A stretch of 64,000 nt of DNA from an uncultured Acidobacteriota bacterium (GTDB lineage: Bacteria; Acidobacteriota; Thermoanaerobaculia; Gp7-AA8), in assembly GCA_963741955.1 (NCBI GenBank), contig CAVUKB010000001.1, forward strand, positions 449,417-513,416, read 5' to 3'. Within the stretch, counting starts at the first letter, position 1; every line of letters begins with the position of its first letter. Of this stretch, positions 1-10,724 are shown piece after piece. The notes beneath the pieces are model-generated. The model ran no database searches, was not told the DNA's origin, and saw only the letters and a list, made by a program, of their open reading frames with translations. Made by a program: the position numbers and the translations under genes.

Positions 1-1946
1 ACGTCGGCGACGATCGATTGCCCCTCGATACGAGCAGCGCCGATTCGCGTCGGCCCGGGTCCACTCTTTCCGACCACCCAGCCGGGCACTACGGCGGTGC
101 GGAGCGGATCGAACTCTTTTGATTCGACGGTCCGAATCACATCCTGGACCGACCGCGCAGGTACGAGCTCTCTCGGGACGTGCACCAGAGGGAGGGGATC
201 GGGGATGGTGAAGAGCCGGATCGCGTTTCCTTCGATCGTCTCGGTGCCCGCTCGTTCGAGCAGGTTTGCGAACCGATCGTCGTTGGCGATCATCGTTCCG
301 CAGCCTTCGACTCGTGCCCACGCGACTGCGACCGCGGGAGGCGCCTGTACGACGCGTTCGAGAGTGACCCGGGAGAGGAACGAGTACATGCCGGCCGGAG
401 AAGAGTCGAGTCCGTACGCGACACCGAACGGGATTCCGAACAGCGGGTCGATCGTGCGCGCTGCGAGCCGGTACGCCTCCCGCGCGTGAGATTGGGGACG
501 AGCGGGCTCTCCTCCCACTCTTCTCCAGATTCGCAGAGAGCCGGTGGCCGCGCGCACCAGTCTCGCGTCGGGCTTGTACGCGCCGTACAGGTCCAGCGGA
601 AGCTCCCGCGCGAACCAGAAGGCCATCGGAACCAGTGTGAGGGCGACCATCGCGTTCCGCGCGCGGATGCTGACGTGCTGCCGGAGTGAAAGGAGAAGGA
701 CGGCGACCGCGATCGCCGTACCGGCGGCGATTCTTTCGAGGACTGCGGAGTCGCCCCGCATGGTGAGGGCAACCATCGCGGAGAGCAGCACGACTGCCGC
801 CGTGGAGACGAGAGGAACCACCATTCCTCCTCGTGGCAACTCCCGCCGTGACATCCAGACCGCGACCAGAACGAGTGCGATCACCGTCAGCTGGATCGCG
901 AACTTTTCCGGATAGCGGAGGATACGAACAAGCTCGAGCCGGGACGCCAGCGCGACGAAGAGGGGATTGAATCTCCCCAGCGCGAAGAAGGCGAGTGCGG
1001 CGAAGGCCCCCTGGAACCGGAGCATCCGGCGATCCCTGACGAAGAGAGCGGGGAGGATCAGCGCGCCCAGGAAGATCGAAGGAAAGAAAGGGGGCCACTT
1101 CTGGAGAGGCGCCCAATGGTATCCGCCCGGTCCGAGCTCCAGAATCACGCCACGGAATGGGCCGATTACCAGCTCCAGGAATCTCTCGGGCGAGAGGGAC
1201 GCGGCGAATACGGTTTCCAGGGAGTAGGGGAACCTGGCCCGCTGAATCTCGCCGGAGATCTCCGAATACGCGATCAGCAGAGGAGAGGCGACGGCGAAGG
1301 AGAGCGCCACCGCGCCCGCGCCCGCAAGCCAATGTCGTCGCTCGATCCGTCCGAGTGTCATCAGGAGCGAGACCACCACCGTCCCGATGATGGTCACCGG
1401 CTCTCCCGCGAGCGCCAGCAGCCCATACGCCGATCCGAGCATGAAGAGCGTCCGTGGCCCGGGTGACTTCAGAATCCGCTCCGTCGCCAGTAACGCCAGC
1501 GGGACCAGAGCGAACGCGGTGATGAGGTTGTAGAACATCATCAGCGAGGTCGAGATGCCGCTCAGAAGGTACATCGATGCGACCATCGCTGCGGTCCGTC
1601 GGTCGTCGACGAATTCCAGCACCAGCCGTCTGAGCGCGACCACCCCGAGGAAGAGATGCAGGAAGAAATGGAGGTTGAACGCGACGTGGGACGGGAGGAA
1701 GAGATAGAGGACCCAGTCGGGATAGAAGGTGAGGGTATTCGGATCTCCGGCGAGAGGCTGGCCGCCGCCCGCCTGGAAGTTCCATGTCGGCAGTTCCCCG
1801 GACCGGAAGGACGAGGCAGCGAGAGACTCGAGAGGAAAGTGGGTCGCGAAGTTGTCCCGGTAGAAGAAGAAGAGCGGAAAACTGAGTGCGACGAGGAGAG
1901 CGAGGACGCCAGCGATGCTCCCGATCTTCGCGGCGGTCGTTTTCAT
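1..1946 (-). CDS. YfhO-like GT-C membrane glycosyltransferase (3' end runs off the window)
   Basis: Absent from the ORF track, consistent with no stop inside the window. Manual translation from ATG at 1946 gives MKTTAAKIGSIAGVLALLVALSFPLFFFYRDNFATHFP...GELPTWNFQAGGGQPLAGDPNTLTFYPDW, the same RD / LPxWN / GxPxxAxP / FYP motifs as 6047 and 12783. I did not read the whole frame to base 1. Confidence 0.8.
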   Translation of the reverse strand, partial: MKTTAAKIGSIAGVLALLVALSFPLFFFYRDNFATHFPLESLAASSFRSGELPTWNFQAGGGQPLAGDPNTLTFYPDWVLYLFLPSHVAFNLHFFLHLFLGVVALRRLVLEFVDDRRTAAMVASMYLLSGISTSLMMFYNLITAFALVPLALLATERILKSPGPRTLFMLGSAYGLLALAGEPVTIIGTVVVSLLMTLGRIERRHWLAGAGAVALSFAVASPLLIAYSEISGEIQRARFPYSLETVFAASLSPERFLELVIGPFRGVILELGPGGYHWAPLQKWPPFFPSIFLGALILPALFVRDRRMLRFQGAFAALAFFALGRFNPLFVALASRLELVRILRYPEKFAIQLTVIALVLVAVWMSRRELPRGGMVVPLVSTAAVVLLSAMVALTMRGDSAVLERIAAGTAIAVAVLLLSLRQHVSIRARNAMVALTLVPMAFWFARELPLDLYGAYKPDARLVRAATGSLRIWRRVGGEPARPQSHAREAYRLAARTIDPLFGIPFGVAYGLDSSPAGMYSFLSRVTLERVVQAPPAVAVAWARVEGCGTMIANDDRFANLLERAGTETIEGNAIRLFTIPDPLPLVHVPRELVPARSVQDVIRTVESKEFDPLRTAVVPGWVVGKSGPGPTRIGAARIEGQSIVAD

Positions 1947-2067
1947 TGAGCGTTCATAACACAACCGCCACCCGTTTTTGATACGCTGCTCACACTCCGT
2001 TCACGGGCGGAGAGAATCGGGCCGTCTGCCCGCATCATTCGGCGGGCCGGTCGCTGGAGGAACGAGC

Positions 2068-3345
2068 ATGAGCAGAGTGGAAGGAAAGGGAGGAATCGGT
2101 CACGATTTCCTCGCGCGCACACTCGACGAAGTCGATTCCGATATCGCCGCCGCGATCCGTCAGGAGACGGAGCGGCAGAACGAGAACCTGGAGCTGATCG
2201 CCTCCGAGAATCACGTTTCGCGGGCAGTACTCACGGCGATGGGCTCAGTCTTCACCAACAAGTACGCCGAAGGGTATCCGCGAAAGCGCTACTACGGCGG
2301 ATGCGGTCCGACCGACGTGGTCGAGGATCTGGCCATCGCGCGTGCGAAGGAACTGTTCGGAGCCGAGCACGTCAATGTTCAGCCTCACTCCGGTTCTCAG
2401 GCCAACATGTCGGTCTACTTCGCGATGCTCAAACCGGGCGACACGATCATGGGAATGGATCTCGCGCACGGCGGACATCTGACCCACGGGCATCCGCTGT
2501 CGTACAGCGGCCGCGATTTCAAAGTCGTTCCCTACGGGGTCACGCGCGAGAGTGAGACCATCGACTATGACCAGATGCAGCGTCTCGCAGAGGAGCACCG
2601 GCCCCGCATGATCATCTGTGGCGCGTCGGCCTATCCCCGGGTGATCGACTTCGCCCGGATCCGCGCGATCGCCGATTCGGTCGGAGCACTGATGATGGCC
2701 GACATCGCTCACATCGCCGGGCTGGTGGTTGCGGGACTGCATCCCTCCCCGGTGCCCCATGCGGACTTCGTCACCACCACCACGCACAAGACCCTGCGCG
2801 GACCGAGAGCGGGGCTGATCCTCTGCAAGGAACAGTACGCGAAGGATCTCGATCGCGCGGTCTTCCCCGGAGTGCAGGGTGGCCCTCTGGTCCACATCAT
2901 CGCCGCCAAGGCAGTGGCCTTCCGTGAAGCGCTCACCCCGGAGTTTCGCGACTATCAGAAACAGATCGTTCTGAACGCGAAGGCCCTGGCCGACACCGTT
3001 TCGGGCGCGGGATTCCGCCTCGTCTCCGGAGGGACGGACAACCATCTGTTCCTGACCGACGTCTTCTCGAAAGGGATCACCGGAAAGGACGGCGAGAAAA
3101 TGCTCGAGGACGCAGGAATCACGGCGAACAAGAACACCATCCCGTTCGATCAGAACAAGCCGATGGTCGCCTCCGGTCTGCGGATGGGGACTCCTGCGGT
3201 CACCACACGAGGGCTCGGGGTGGACGAAATGAAACAGGTCGGCGGAATGATCGCGCGGGTACTCGACTCCCGAGGAGACGAGAACGTGATCCGCGAAGTG
3301 CGGGGCGAGGTCCGCGAACTCTGTCGCAGATTCCCGATCTATTGA
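2068..3345 (+). CDS. glyA: serine hydroxymethyltransferase
   Basis: [21 protein letters not shown] and [11 protein letters not shown] (PLP lysine); GGAGG RBS before ATG 2068. Confidence 0.98.
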   Translation: MSRVEGKGGIGHDFLARTLDEVDSDIAAAIRQETERQNENLELIASENHVSRAVLTAMGSVFTNKYAEGYPRKRYYGGCGPTDVVEDLAIARAKELFGAEHVNVQPHSGSQANMSVYFAMLKPGDTIMGMDLAHGGHLTHGHPLSYSGRDFKVVPYGVTRESETIDYDQMQRLAEEHRPRMIICGASAYPRVIDFARIRAIADSVGALMMADIAHIAGLVVAGLHPSPVPHADFVTTTTHKTLRGPRAGLILCKEQYAKDLDRAVFPGVQGGPLVHIIAAKAVAFREALTPEFRDYQKQIVLNAKALADTVSGAGFRLVSGGTDNHLFLTDVFSKGITGKDGEKMLEDAGITANKNTIPFDQNKPMVASGLRMGTPAVTTRGLGVDEMKQVGGMIARVLDSRGDENVIREVRGEVRELCRRFPIY

Positions 3346-3379
3346 TGGGCGAGCTGGAAGTGCGCCTCCTTCGGATCTG

Positions 3380-5110
3380 ATGGAAGCATCCGGGATGATT
3401 CGACCCCTCGGCACGAGAGAGCGCTGGCTGATCCTCGCGGTCGGACTCGCATGGGCTCTCTCGGTCGCGCTCTGGTTCACTCCCGGATACGTCCGCCCGG
3501 ATGGGATCGGGTACTTCGAATATCTTCCTTCGAGCTGGAACGACCACGATCTCGTCTTCTACGATCAGTGGGCGCAGGCGCGGCTCGTGGTCGAAGGACG
3601 CCTCCTGTTCAAGGAAGTCGCTCCGAACGGCTATCTCGCCAACCACTGGCCATCGGGGAGCGCCGTCTTCTGGTATCCGGCCTATGTCACCGGGGACTTC
3701 CTGCGCGGCACTCCGCCATTCCGGGGATTTCCTCCGAACGGGTTCTCGCTCCCGTACGAGGTGCCGGTGGTCGCGTTCTCCGCGGTCGCAGGTCTCCTCA
3801 CTCTCTTCCTTGTGTACCGCCTGTCGCGGAAGGTGGCTACGCCCGGGGCGGCGTTTCTGGCGACGATCGGGATCTGGTTCGGCTCTCCACTTCTCTGGTA
3901 CTCGCTGGTGAACGGGATCACCTCGCACGTGGTCGCCGCGATGAGTGCGGCGATCTTCGTCGCGCTCGCACTCTCGTTGCGGGAGCGGCTCGACTCCTGG
4001 TCCGTCTTCGCACTCGGTCTCTCGCTCGGTTTCGTCTTTGCAGTCCGTCCCCAGAACGCGACGCTCGCGCTCGTTCCGTTCTTCCTCATCCCTCGGGACC
4101 GATGGCGCGCGCTGCTGGGCGAGTCGGCGCCCGGCATCGCGGGAACTCTGATCGGTGCTCTGCCGCAGCTGGTGGTCAGCTCCGTGATCTACGGAAACCC
4201 ACTCGGTTTTCTCGTGACGGGAGGAGCGGGAGAGGCGTGGTCGAGCTTTCAGCGGATCTGGATCTGGGAACCGATCTTCTCCTGGTATCACGGACTGGTG
4301 ACGTGGACCCCGTTCCTCGCGCTCGGCATCATCGGGCTGATTTTCCTCTTCCGGATCGATCGCGGACTCGCTGCTGCGGCTCTATGGGCGTTCGCCGCAC
4401 AGTGGGCGATCAATGCAACGCTCGACCGCGCGTTCTGGGGTGCATTCGCGTTCGGACAGCGGCGATTCGACGGAGTGATCGTCTTCTTCGGGATCGGCGC
4501 CGCGGTGCTCCTCGACCGTCTCCCGCGCTGGGCTGCAGTGGTGCTGACAGTCGCTGCGTCCGGATGGACCATGATGCTTCTGCTCGCGTCACGGAGCGTA
4601 CTCGATCTCAATCTCTACTACCCTCCGGGAGATCTCCTGCGGGCCATCGGTACGGCGGTGACCCACACGTCGCGATGGCTGGCGCCTCTCTCCGCGCTGC
4701 CGCCGATCGCGAGACTGACGGTCGGACTGCTGATCGTTGGCGGGCTCGCGGTCGCAGCCGCGATCGCCGCAGTGTTCCTCGTGCTCTCGAGGCTCGGAGG
4801 GCGTCGCGCGGTCACGATTGCGGCGGCGCTGTGGCTCCTGGCGGCCGGAGGTTGGTTCGCCTGGGTCGGGTGGGCCGGGGCGCCCCACCTCCGTTATTTC
4901 GATCGGCTGATCACGTTCAACCGCTCTCTCGGTGCGCTCTCCGGCGGGCTGGATTCGAACATCTCGGTCCTGGAGTCGGAGCTGCAGTATCTCGAGAAGT
5001 CGGGAAGGACGGGGCTCGCGGAAAGAACGAAGAAGGATCTCGCACGACTGGTCGCGCTACGTCAGCGGGAGCTCCGGCGTCGTGGCATGACGTCTCCTGC
5101 GGTCGAGTGA
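3380..5110 (+). CDS. multi-pass membrane protein, probable GT-C glycosyltransferase
   Basis: Many hydrophobic segments; DG.GY in the first loop, VRPQN and FGQRRF motifs reminiscent of ArnT/PMT-like enzymes. Confidence 0.6.
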   Translation: MEASGMIRPLGTRERWLILAVGLAWALSVALWFTPGYVRPDGIGYFEYLPSSWNDHDLVFYDQWAQARLVVEGRLLFKEVAPNGYLANHWPSGSAVFWYPAYVTGDFLRGTPPFRGFPPNGFSLPYEVPVVAFSAVAGLLTLFLVYRLSRKVATPGAAFLATIGIWFGSPLLWYSLVNGITSHVVAAMSAAIFVALALSLRERLDSWSVFALGLSLGFVFAVRPQNATLALVPFFLIPRDRWRALLGESAPGIAGTLIGALPQLVVSSVIYGNPLGFLVTGGAGEAWSSFQRIWIWEPIFSWYHGLVTWTPFLALGIIGLIFLFRIDRGLAAAALWAFAAQWAINATLDRAFWGAFAFGQRRFDGVIVFFGIGAAVLLDRLPRWAAVVLTVAASGWTMMLLLASRSVLDLNLYYPPGDLLRAIGTAVTHTSRWLAPLSALPPIARLTVGLLIVGGLAVAAAIAAVFLVLSRLGGRRAVTIAAALWLLAAGGWFAWVGWAGAPHLRYFDRLITFNRSLGALSGGLDSNISVLESELQYLEKSGRTGLAERTKKDLARLVALRQRELRRRGMTSPAVE

Positions 5111-5116
5111 TCTCGT

Positions 5117-5899
5117 CTATTTCGCTTCGACGGGCATCGGTTGGGCTGCCGGACGGTTGCGGAAGATCCGGTGCGAGTAGATTCCCTTCTTGTGAAGCTT
5201 GTAGAAGATCATCGTCTTCAGGATCTCCAGCCCGTAACGGACGGAGCGGGTGAATCCGATCTGGGAAGCCTCGTCGAAGTAGCGCGTCGCGATCGGAACC
5301 TCCCGGATTCTCATCTGTCGTGCCACTCCCTGAGCGATGATTTCCGTGTCGAACACGAAGTTGTCGGAGTTCGCTTCGAAATTCACGCTCTCCAGATAAC
5401 GGCGTGAGTACGCCCGGAAGCCCGAATGGTATTCGGAGAGGAAGACGTAGAAGGTCGCATTCTCGATCATGGTCAGGAAGAGGTTCGCGAAGTACTTCCA
5501 CTTCGGCATCCCCCCTTCGATCGGACGGCCTCCGAGCATGCGCGAGCCGAAGACCGCATCGCAGCTTCCTGCGATCAGAGGCGTGATCAGCTCGGGAATG
5601 ATCTTCGGATCGTACTGATGGTCGGGATGGACCATCACCATGATGTCGCCACCGAGCTCCATGGCGGTGCGGTAGCAGGTCTTCTGGTTGCCGCCATAGC
5701 CGCGATTCTTCGGATGGACCACGGTCCGGATGCCGAGACTGTTCGCCACTTCGACCGTTCGGTCACTCGAGCAGTCGTCGACCAGGAGAATCTCGTCGAC
5801 CCATTCTTTCGGAATGTCTTCCCACGTCGCGTGGAGTGTTTTCTCCGCGTTGTATGCAGGCAGGACGACGATGACTTTTTTCGAGCTGTCGCGCTCCAT
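5117..5899 (-). CDS. GT2 glycosyltransferase (polyprenol-phosphate sugar synthase-like)
   Basis: VLPAYNAE, VDDCSSD, NRGYGGNQK, HPDHQY, FVFDTEI; start placed at MERDSS (5899). Confidence 0.9.
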   Translation of the reverse strand: MERDSSKKVIVVLPAYNAEKTLHATWEDIPKEWVDEILLVDDCSSDRTVEVANSLGIRTVVHPKNRGYGGNQKTCYRTAMELGGDIMVMVHPDHQYDPKIIPELITPLIAGSCDAVFGSRMLGGRPIEGGMPKWKYFANLFLTMIENATFYVFLSEYHSGFRAYSRRYLESVNFEANSDNFVFDTEIIAQGVARQMRIREVPIATRYFDEASQIGFTRSVRYGLEILKTMIFYKLHKKGIYSHRIFRNRPAAQPMPVEAK

Positions 5900-6046
5900 G
5901 GCTCCCCCGGTCGTGGCCGCCGAGAATAGCACACCGGGGTGACAGGGCAGCGGATCCGCGCCTCCTCTCTCGATTCCAGCGGGCGTTCGAAGCAGCCGCC
6001 ACTCCGCATGGACCCCGGCTGATCCTTCCGGTAGAATCCGCGGCTC

Positions 6047-8404
6047 GTGAGTAGAGAGCGGAGACGGAAAGACTTTTACGCGATCCTCCTGCTGATTGTC
6101 GTTTCCTCTCTTCCCCTGGCCGACCAGTTTGCCGGGCAACGCTCCTACATCCGCGATCTGACCCGTTACTACTACCCGACCAAGCGCGTGATCCGGGAAG
6201 TGCTCCGGGGCGGCGAGTTCCCGTTCTGGAATCCCTATTACTCCGCGGGGCAACCGATGGCGGCGAACCCGGAGTACGAGGTCTTTTATCCTCCGAACTG
6301 GTTGATCCTCCTCCCGAACTACGACCTCGGGTATCGGCTTCACATTCTGGTGCACCTCTGGATCGCGGCGATCGGAATGTATCTGCTGCTCCGATCGATG
6401 AGGCTCAGAATCGGGAGCGCGTTTCTCGGCGCGGTGATGTTCGCGTTCAGCGGCGTTCTGATGTCGCTGATCAACCTTCTGCCGATCCTCTTCTGCGCGA
6501 GCTGGATTCCTCTGGTTCTCCTTTTCGCCAGACGGATGATGATCCGTCCGAACATCCGCGATTTTTCACTCGCAGCGCTCTTTCACGGAGTGCAGATTCT
6601 CGCGGTGGAACCCACCACGCTCGCGCAGACCTGGTTTCTGATCGCGGCATACGGAGTCTGGCGGGCGTGGCGCGAGCCTCCCCGGGTGAAGAGAGCTCTC
6701 CGCAACGTGATGCTGGCCGCGCTTCTCGCCCTGGCGGGAGTCGTCGTGGGTGCAGTGCAGTTCCTTCCGGCGATCGATCACGCCCGTGATTCGGCACGGG
6801 CCCGTCCGTTCCAGCTGAGCCTGGTCACTGCGTGGAGCATGCCTTACGCGAGGCCACTGGAACTCCTTTACCCGAATGTCTTCGGCCACGTGACGCTGCG
6901 TCACGTGGGATGGTACTGGGCCAGCGGCATGTACCCGGGGACCGCGTCGCCCTTCTACTACAGCATCTATCTCGGTCTTCTCGCGGCGGTACTGGCGGGC
7001 GGAGGTCTGCTGACACGCATTCGAGGGTCAGGTCTGCTGATATGTATCCTCCCGGTCTCGGCGCTTCTCGCGCTCGGTGGCAATACGCCGCTGTTCGACC
7101 TCCTCTATCGAGCTCACCTCGCGCAGTCGGTGAGATACCCGGAGAAGTTCTCGCTGATGGGATTGATCGCGTTGATCATCTTCGCTGCCCGCGCGTTCGA
7201 TCTGATCCGCTCCGGCGATCGGAAGCTCCTGGGGCGGGCGCTCGGAGTGGCGGCGGCAATCGGCGTGATCGCGCTCGGCATCGCCGTATTCTCGGTGACC
7301 CCCTGGTTCGATTCCGCATTCCGGGGCATCTGGGGTTTGAAGGCCACCGCGAATGCCGAGCGGATGGTGAAGATGGCGAGTCAGGACTGGTGGCTCGCCG
7401 CAGCGCGAGCGATGGGGGTCTTCGCGATTCTGATGATTCTTCGTCGATGGAAGGGTGCGGCGGTGGTGACCGTCGCGGTCATGTTCGTGATCGTGGACCT
7501 GATGCCGATCGCGTACGAAGTGAATCCGCGGGAGCCAGCATCATTTTTCCTCCAGCGTCCGCGGGTCGCGGCGACGATGGCCGCCAACCACGGTTCCTAC
7601 CGCGTCTTTCACGAAGTCGACTGGTACGGCAGCACCGATGTCGCGAAGAAGTACTTCTCGACCGGATCCGCGGTGTACTGGATCGTGAGGAATGGCCTCT
7701 ATCCGATGACTCCGGCCACCTGGGGGTTCCGGACGGTGCTCGAGCGCGACTACGACAAGACCGCCCTCCTTCCGAGCGTCGATCTGGTCGAATCGATGTG
7801 GGATCTGAAACGTGCGAAAAAGACGGAATGGGCGGAGCCGTTCATGGCCATGTCGAATGTCTGGTATCGCGCGGAGTACGTTCCTTTCGATGAAGAGAAG
7901 AAGCGGACCGGCGGAAACTTCTTCAAGGCCGAGCCGGTACGCTTCGTCGACGTCGGGCGGAATCCCCGTTATTACTTCGCGGACGAAGCGGTGACGATCC
8001 GGAGCCGCCGCGATTTCGTGAAGAAGCTCGAGAACGGGACCTGGCCGGCTCGGGTGGCGTTCATCCGGCAGCCGGCGTTTCCCGTCTCGCCGGGAACGGT
8101 TCTCCACGCTCGCGAGACGCACTCGACCATCGATGTCGACGCCAGGGCAAACGGACCGTCATTGCTGGTGCTGAGCGTGACTCCTCACAAGTACTGGAAG
8201 GCGTGGATCGATGGGAGGAGAGTCCCGCTGATCACCACGAACATCGGATACCAGAGTGTCCGCTTCCCGGCCGGGCGGCATCATCTGAGACTCGCGTACG
8301 TGAACTGGCTGGTTCTCGTTTCGGGAGTGATCTCGCTCTCGATGACCGGGCTTCTCCTCAGCTGGATCGTGATCAGTCGCTCGCGGGACGAGGAGCCCGC
8401 GTAG
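6047..8404 (+). CDS. YfhO-family membrane protein (GT-C)
   Basis: RD..YYYP, PFWNPY, GQPMAANPEYEVFYPP, RYPEKF and the C-terminal WKAWIDG...PAGRH motif. Confidence 0.8.
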   Translation: MSRERRRKDFYAILLLIVVSSLPLADQFAGQRSYIRDLTRYYYPTKRVIREVLRGGEFPFWNPYYSAGQPMAANPEYEVFYPPNWLILLPNYDLGYRLHILVHLWIAAIGMYLLLRSMRLRIGSAFLGAVMFAFSGVLMSLINLLPILFCASWIPLVLLFARRMMIRPNIRDFSLAALFHGVQILAVEPTTLAQTWFLIAAYGVWRAWREPPRVKRALRNVMLAALLALAGVVVGAVQFLPAIDHARDSARARPFQLSLVTAWSMPYARPLELLYPNVFGHVTLRHVGWYWASGMYPGTASPFYYSIYLGLLAAVLAGGGLLTRIRGSGLLICILPVSALLALGGNTPLFDLLYRAHLAQSVRYPEKFSLMGLIALIIFAARAFDLIRSGDRKLLGRALGVAAAIGVIALGIAVFSVTPWFDSAFRGIWGLKATANAERMVKMASQDWWLAAARAMGVFAILMILRRWKGAAVVTVAVMFVIVDLMPIAYEVNPREPASFFLQRPRVAATMAANHGSYRVFHEVDWYGSTDVAKKYFSTGSAVYWIVRNGLYPMTPATWGFRTVLERDYDKTALLPSVDLVESMWDLKRAKKTEWAEPFMAMSNVWYRAEYVPFDEEKKRTGGNFFKAEPVRFVDVGRNPRYYFADEAVTIRSRRDFVKKLENGTWPARVAFIRQPAFPVSPGTVLHARETHSTIDVDARANGPSLLVLSVTPHKYWKAWIDGRRVPLITTNIGYQSVRFPAGRHHLRLAYVNWLVLVSGVISLSMTGLLLSWIVISRSRDEEPA

Positions 8405-9149
8405 CGCTGTTCGCGTTCGCCCGAAACGGGCCGACGCGAATGCGGGTCCGGATCACGTCCGCGAGCATCCGTGGCGAGTCCCGCAGGATTCGCACCCTCG
8501 AATCGGGCGAATTGATCCATTCCACCGCCACTTCGGCCACGGAATATCCGAGCCGCCCGGCGAGGAGAATCATCTCGACGTCATAGGCGAAGCGGTCGAT
8601 GGTGGCCTGGCGGAAGATCTCCTTCGCCGCGTCACGGCGCAGCAGTTTGAACCCGCACTGAGTGTCACGGAACGGGATGCCGGTCAGACGCCGGAGAACG
8701 AGATTGAATCCCTTTCCCATGCTCTGCCGGTACCACGGCTGCCGGACACGAACCTTCTCGACGTCGATGGCCCGCGAGCCGATCGCGATGTCGTATCCCT
8801 CGTCGATCGCTCCCTCCAGAAAGGCGAGCTGCGAGAGCGGCGTGGAGAGGTCGGCATCGGTGATCAGGACCAGCTCCCCCCGGGAGACTTCCGTCACCCC
8901 TCTCCGGATCGCGTATCCCTTCCCGGCGTTGTCGAGGTACGACACCAGCCGCAGGCGGGGATGATCCGGCATCAGAGATCGGACCACCGAGCGGGTGAGA
9001 TCACGACTGCCGTCGTCGACGACGATCACTTCTGCGATCCGTCCGGGGTTCTCGAGGTCGAATTCGAAGATCTTCCGGATGGAAGAGGGGAGCCGGGTCT
9101 GCTCGTTGTAGGCAGGCACGACGATCGAGAGCGGCTGAGGAGTCGCCAT
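8373..9149 (-). CDS. GT2 dolichyl-phosphate beta-glucosyltransferase-like enzyme
   Basis: VPAYNE, VDDGSRD, NAGKGYA, DADLSTP, DTQCGFK, FAYDVE. Confidence 0.9.
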   Translation of the reverse strand: MATPQPLSIVVPAYNEQTRLPSSIRKIFEFDLENPGRIAEVIVVDDGSRDLTRSVVRSLMPDHPRLRLVSYLDNAGKGYAIRRGVTEVSRGELVLITDADLSTPLSQLAFLEGAIDEGYDIAIGSRAIDVEKVRVRQPWYRQSMGKGFNLVLRRLTGIPFRDTQCGFKLLRRDAAKEIFRQATIDRFAYDVEMILLAGRLGYSVAEVAVEWINSPDSRVRILRDSPRMLADVIRTRIRVGPFRANANSATRAPRPASD

Positions 9150-9187
9150 CAGCGTCCGCGATTATTGCACAGCCTGAGGAGAGTTTC

Positions 9188-10561
9188 TTGTCACGTCATT
9201 TCTATTGGACATTGGCGGTGATCGGTGCCATCGCACTGATGCTGTTCGGGGCCGTACAGTTCCTGCGGCAGATCCACCCCGATGACGGCTCGTACATTCC
9301 GCGGCCGGTCGACCCCACCCCCGAGATCGAGATGCTGCGCAACTACGTGCGGATCGATACGTCGACTCCGGAAGGAGAAGTCGCCGGCGCAAAATACCTG
9401 ATCCGGCTGCTCCAGCAGGCGGGGATCTCTTCGGAGCTGATCGAGTCGGCTCCGGGACATGCCAATGTTTATGCGCGGATTCGCGGCTCCTCGCAGAGCG
9501 GTGGACTGATGCTGCTCCACCACATCGACGTCGTTCCCGCGGACCCGAAGGACTGGAGCGCGCCTCCATTCGAAGGGCGGATCACCAGTGGTCTGATGTG
9601 GGGCCGCGGGACGATCGACATGAAGGGAATCGGCATTTGCGAGCTCGCAGCGTTCGTCGCCATCGCACGTTCGGGAAAGAGACCGCTGCACGACGTCGTC
9701 TTTCTCGCCGTGGCCGACGAAGAGCATGGAGGACGGCTGGGGATGGAGTGGATCGCCGAACACCGGCCGGACGTCCTCGAGGGGATCGACTTCGCCATCA
9801 ACGAGGGCGGCATCACGGAGATGAAGGGCGACGAGCTCACGTATTTCGGAGTGGAGATCGGGACCAAGGCATGGATGAAGGCGCGCGTCGTCTCGGATTC
9901 GAAGGAGAAGCTGGAGGAGGCACGCATCGCGCTCGAGCCGTACTACTCACCGAGGGAGCCCAACGAGATTCTCCCCGCTGTCCGCGAATACTTCGCGAGC
10001 ATTGCTCCCTACCGCATCGAAGCTCGGAGCCTGCTCGGAGACATCGACCGGACTGTCGCCCGTGGCGAGTTCTGGAAGCTCGACTCGAGCTACCGGGATC
10101 TGACCCAGAACAACGTGGGGAGTTCCGGGATCGCCCGGAGTCCCGACGGAAGATGGTCGATGAGGGTCTATCTCGATCTGCTGCCCGGCGTCGACGGAAA
10201 AGCGTACCTGAAGAATCTGCACCGGAAGTTCTTCCCCGATGCGGAGGTCACTCTGCTCGGCGACAGTGGACCGATCGGCTTCTCGTCCTGGACGACCCCG
10301 TTCAGCGCCGTGCTGAAAGCGGAGATCGCGCGGCAGTATCCTGGCGCTCCGGCGGGCCCGGTGATTCTTTCGCGCTCCTCGACCGATTCCCGGTTTCTCC
10401 GCGCGCGAGGAATCGAGGCTTACGGCCTGATGCCGTATCGGGTCAACTTCTTTCAATCTCACGGAGTGCATGCTGTGGACGAGAACATCCGTCTCGACTG
10501 GTTTACCGAGGGAGTGGAGTTGACGCGGAACGTGGTGAAACGATGGTGTGACGTTCAGTGA
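9188..10561 (+). CDS. exported M20/M25/M40 metallo-hydrolase
   Basis: N-terminal hydrophobic anchor; HIDVVP, GRGTIDMK, DEEHGG, NEGG, TDSRFLR, HAVDE. Confidence 0.88.
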   Translation: MSRHFYWTLAVIGAIALMLFGAVQFLRQIHPDDGSYIPRPVDPTPEIEMLRNYVRIDTSTPEGEVAGAKYLIRLLQQAGISSELIESAPGHANVYARIRGSSQSGGLMLLHHIDVVPADPKDWSAPPFEGRITSGLMWGRGTIDMKGIGICELAAFVAIARSGKRPLHDVVFLAVADEEHGGRLGMEWIAEHRPDVLEGIDFAINEGGITEMKGDELTYFGVEIGTKAWMKARVVSDSKEKLEEARIALEPYYSPREPNEILPAVREYFASIAPYRIEARSLLGDIDRTVARGEFWKLDSSYRDLTQNNVGSSGIARSPDGRWSMRVYLDLLPGVDGKAYLKNLHRKFFPDAEVTLLGDSGPIGFSSWTTPFSAVLKAEIARQYPGAPAGPVILSRSSTDSRFLRARGIEAYGLMPYRVNFFQSHGVHAVDENIRLDWFTEGVELTRNVVKRWCDVQ

Positions 10562-10570
10562 CAGGGGTGG

Positions 10571-10585
10571 TGACGCAAAATGTCA
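10571..10585. promoter_or_regulatory. palindrome TGAC-N7-GTCA, candidate enhancer-binding-protein site
   Basis: TGACGCAAAATGTCA lies about 75 bp upstream of a -24/-12-like element in front of the pilin gene. Confidence 0.5.
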
Positions 10586-10617
10586 TCTTTCGGTGCGCCG
10601 AATGGGCGCTTACTTTG

Positions 10618-10630
10618 TAAGTCTTTGAAT
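10618..10630. promoter_or_regulatory. IHF-like site
   Basis: TAAGTCTTTGAAT is close to YAANNNNTTGATW, within an AT-rich patch. Confidence 0.45.
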
Positions 10631-10657
10631 TTAAAGGGCGATGAACTCCCGCTTCCG

Positions 10658-10674
10658 TTGGTATCTCGTTTGTA
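10658..10674 (+). promoter_or_regulatory. sigma54 -24/-12-like promoter of the pilin gene
   Basis: TTGGTATCTCGTTTGTA: GG-N10-GT, with GT in place of the canonical GC. Confidence 0.5.
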
Positions 10675-10724
10675 AGGCAACCTCACGGATTGGTCCAATC
10701 CATTAACAGGAGGGAGAGAATTTT

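Noticed and set aside
1950-2067. ZTP, glycine or THF riboswitch upstream of glyA
   Set aside because: Only a short GC hairpin is visible; no recognisable conserved aptamer core. An Infernal scan would settle it.
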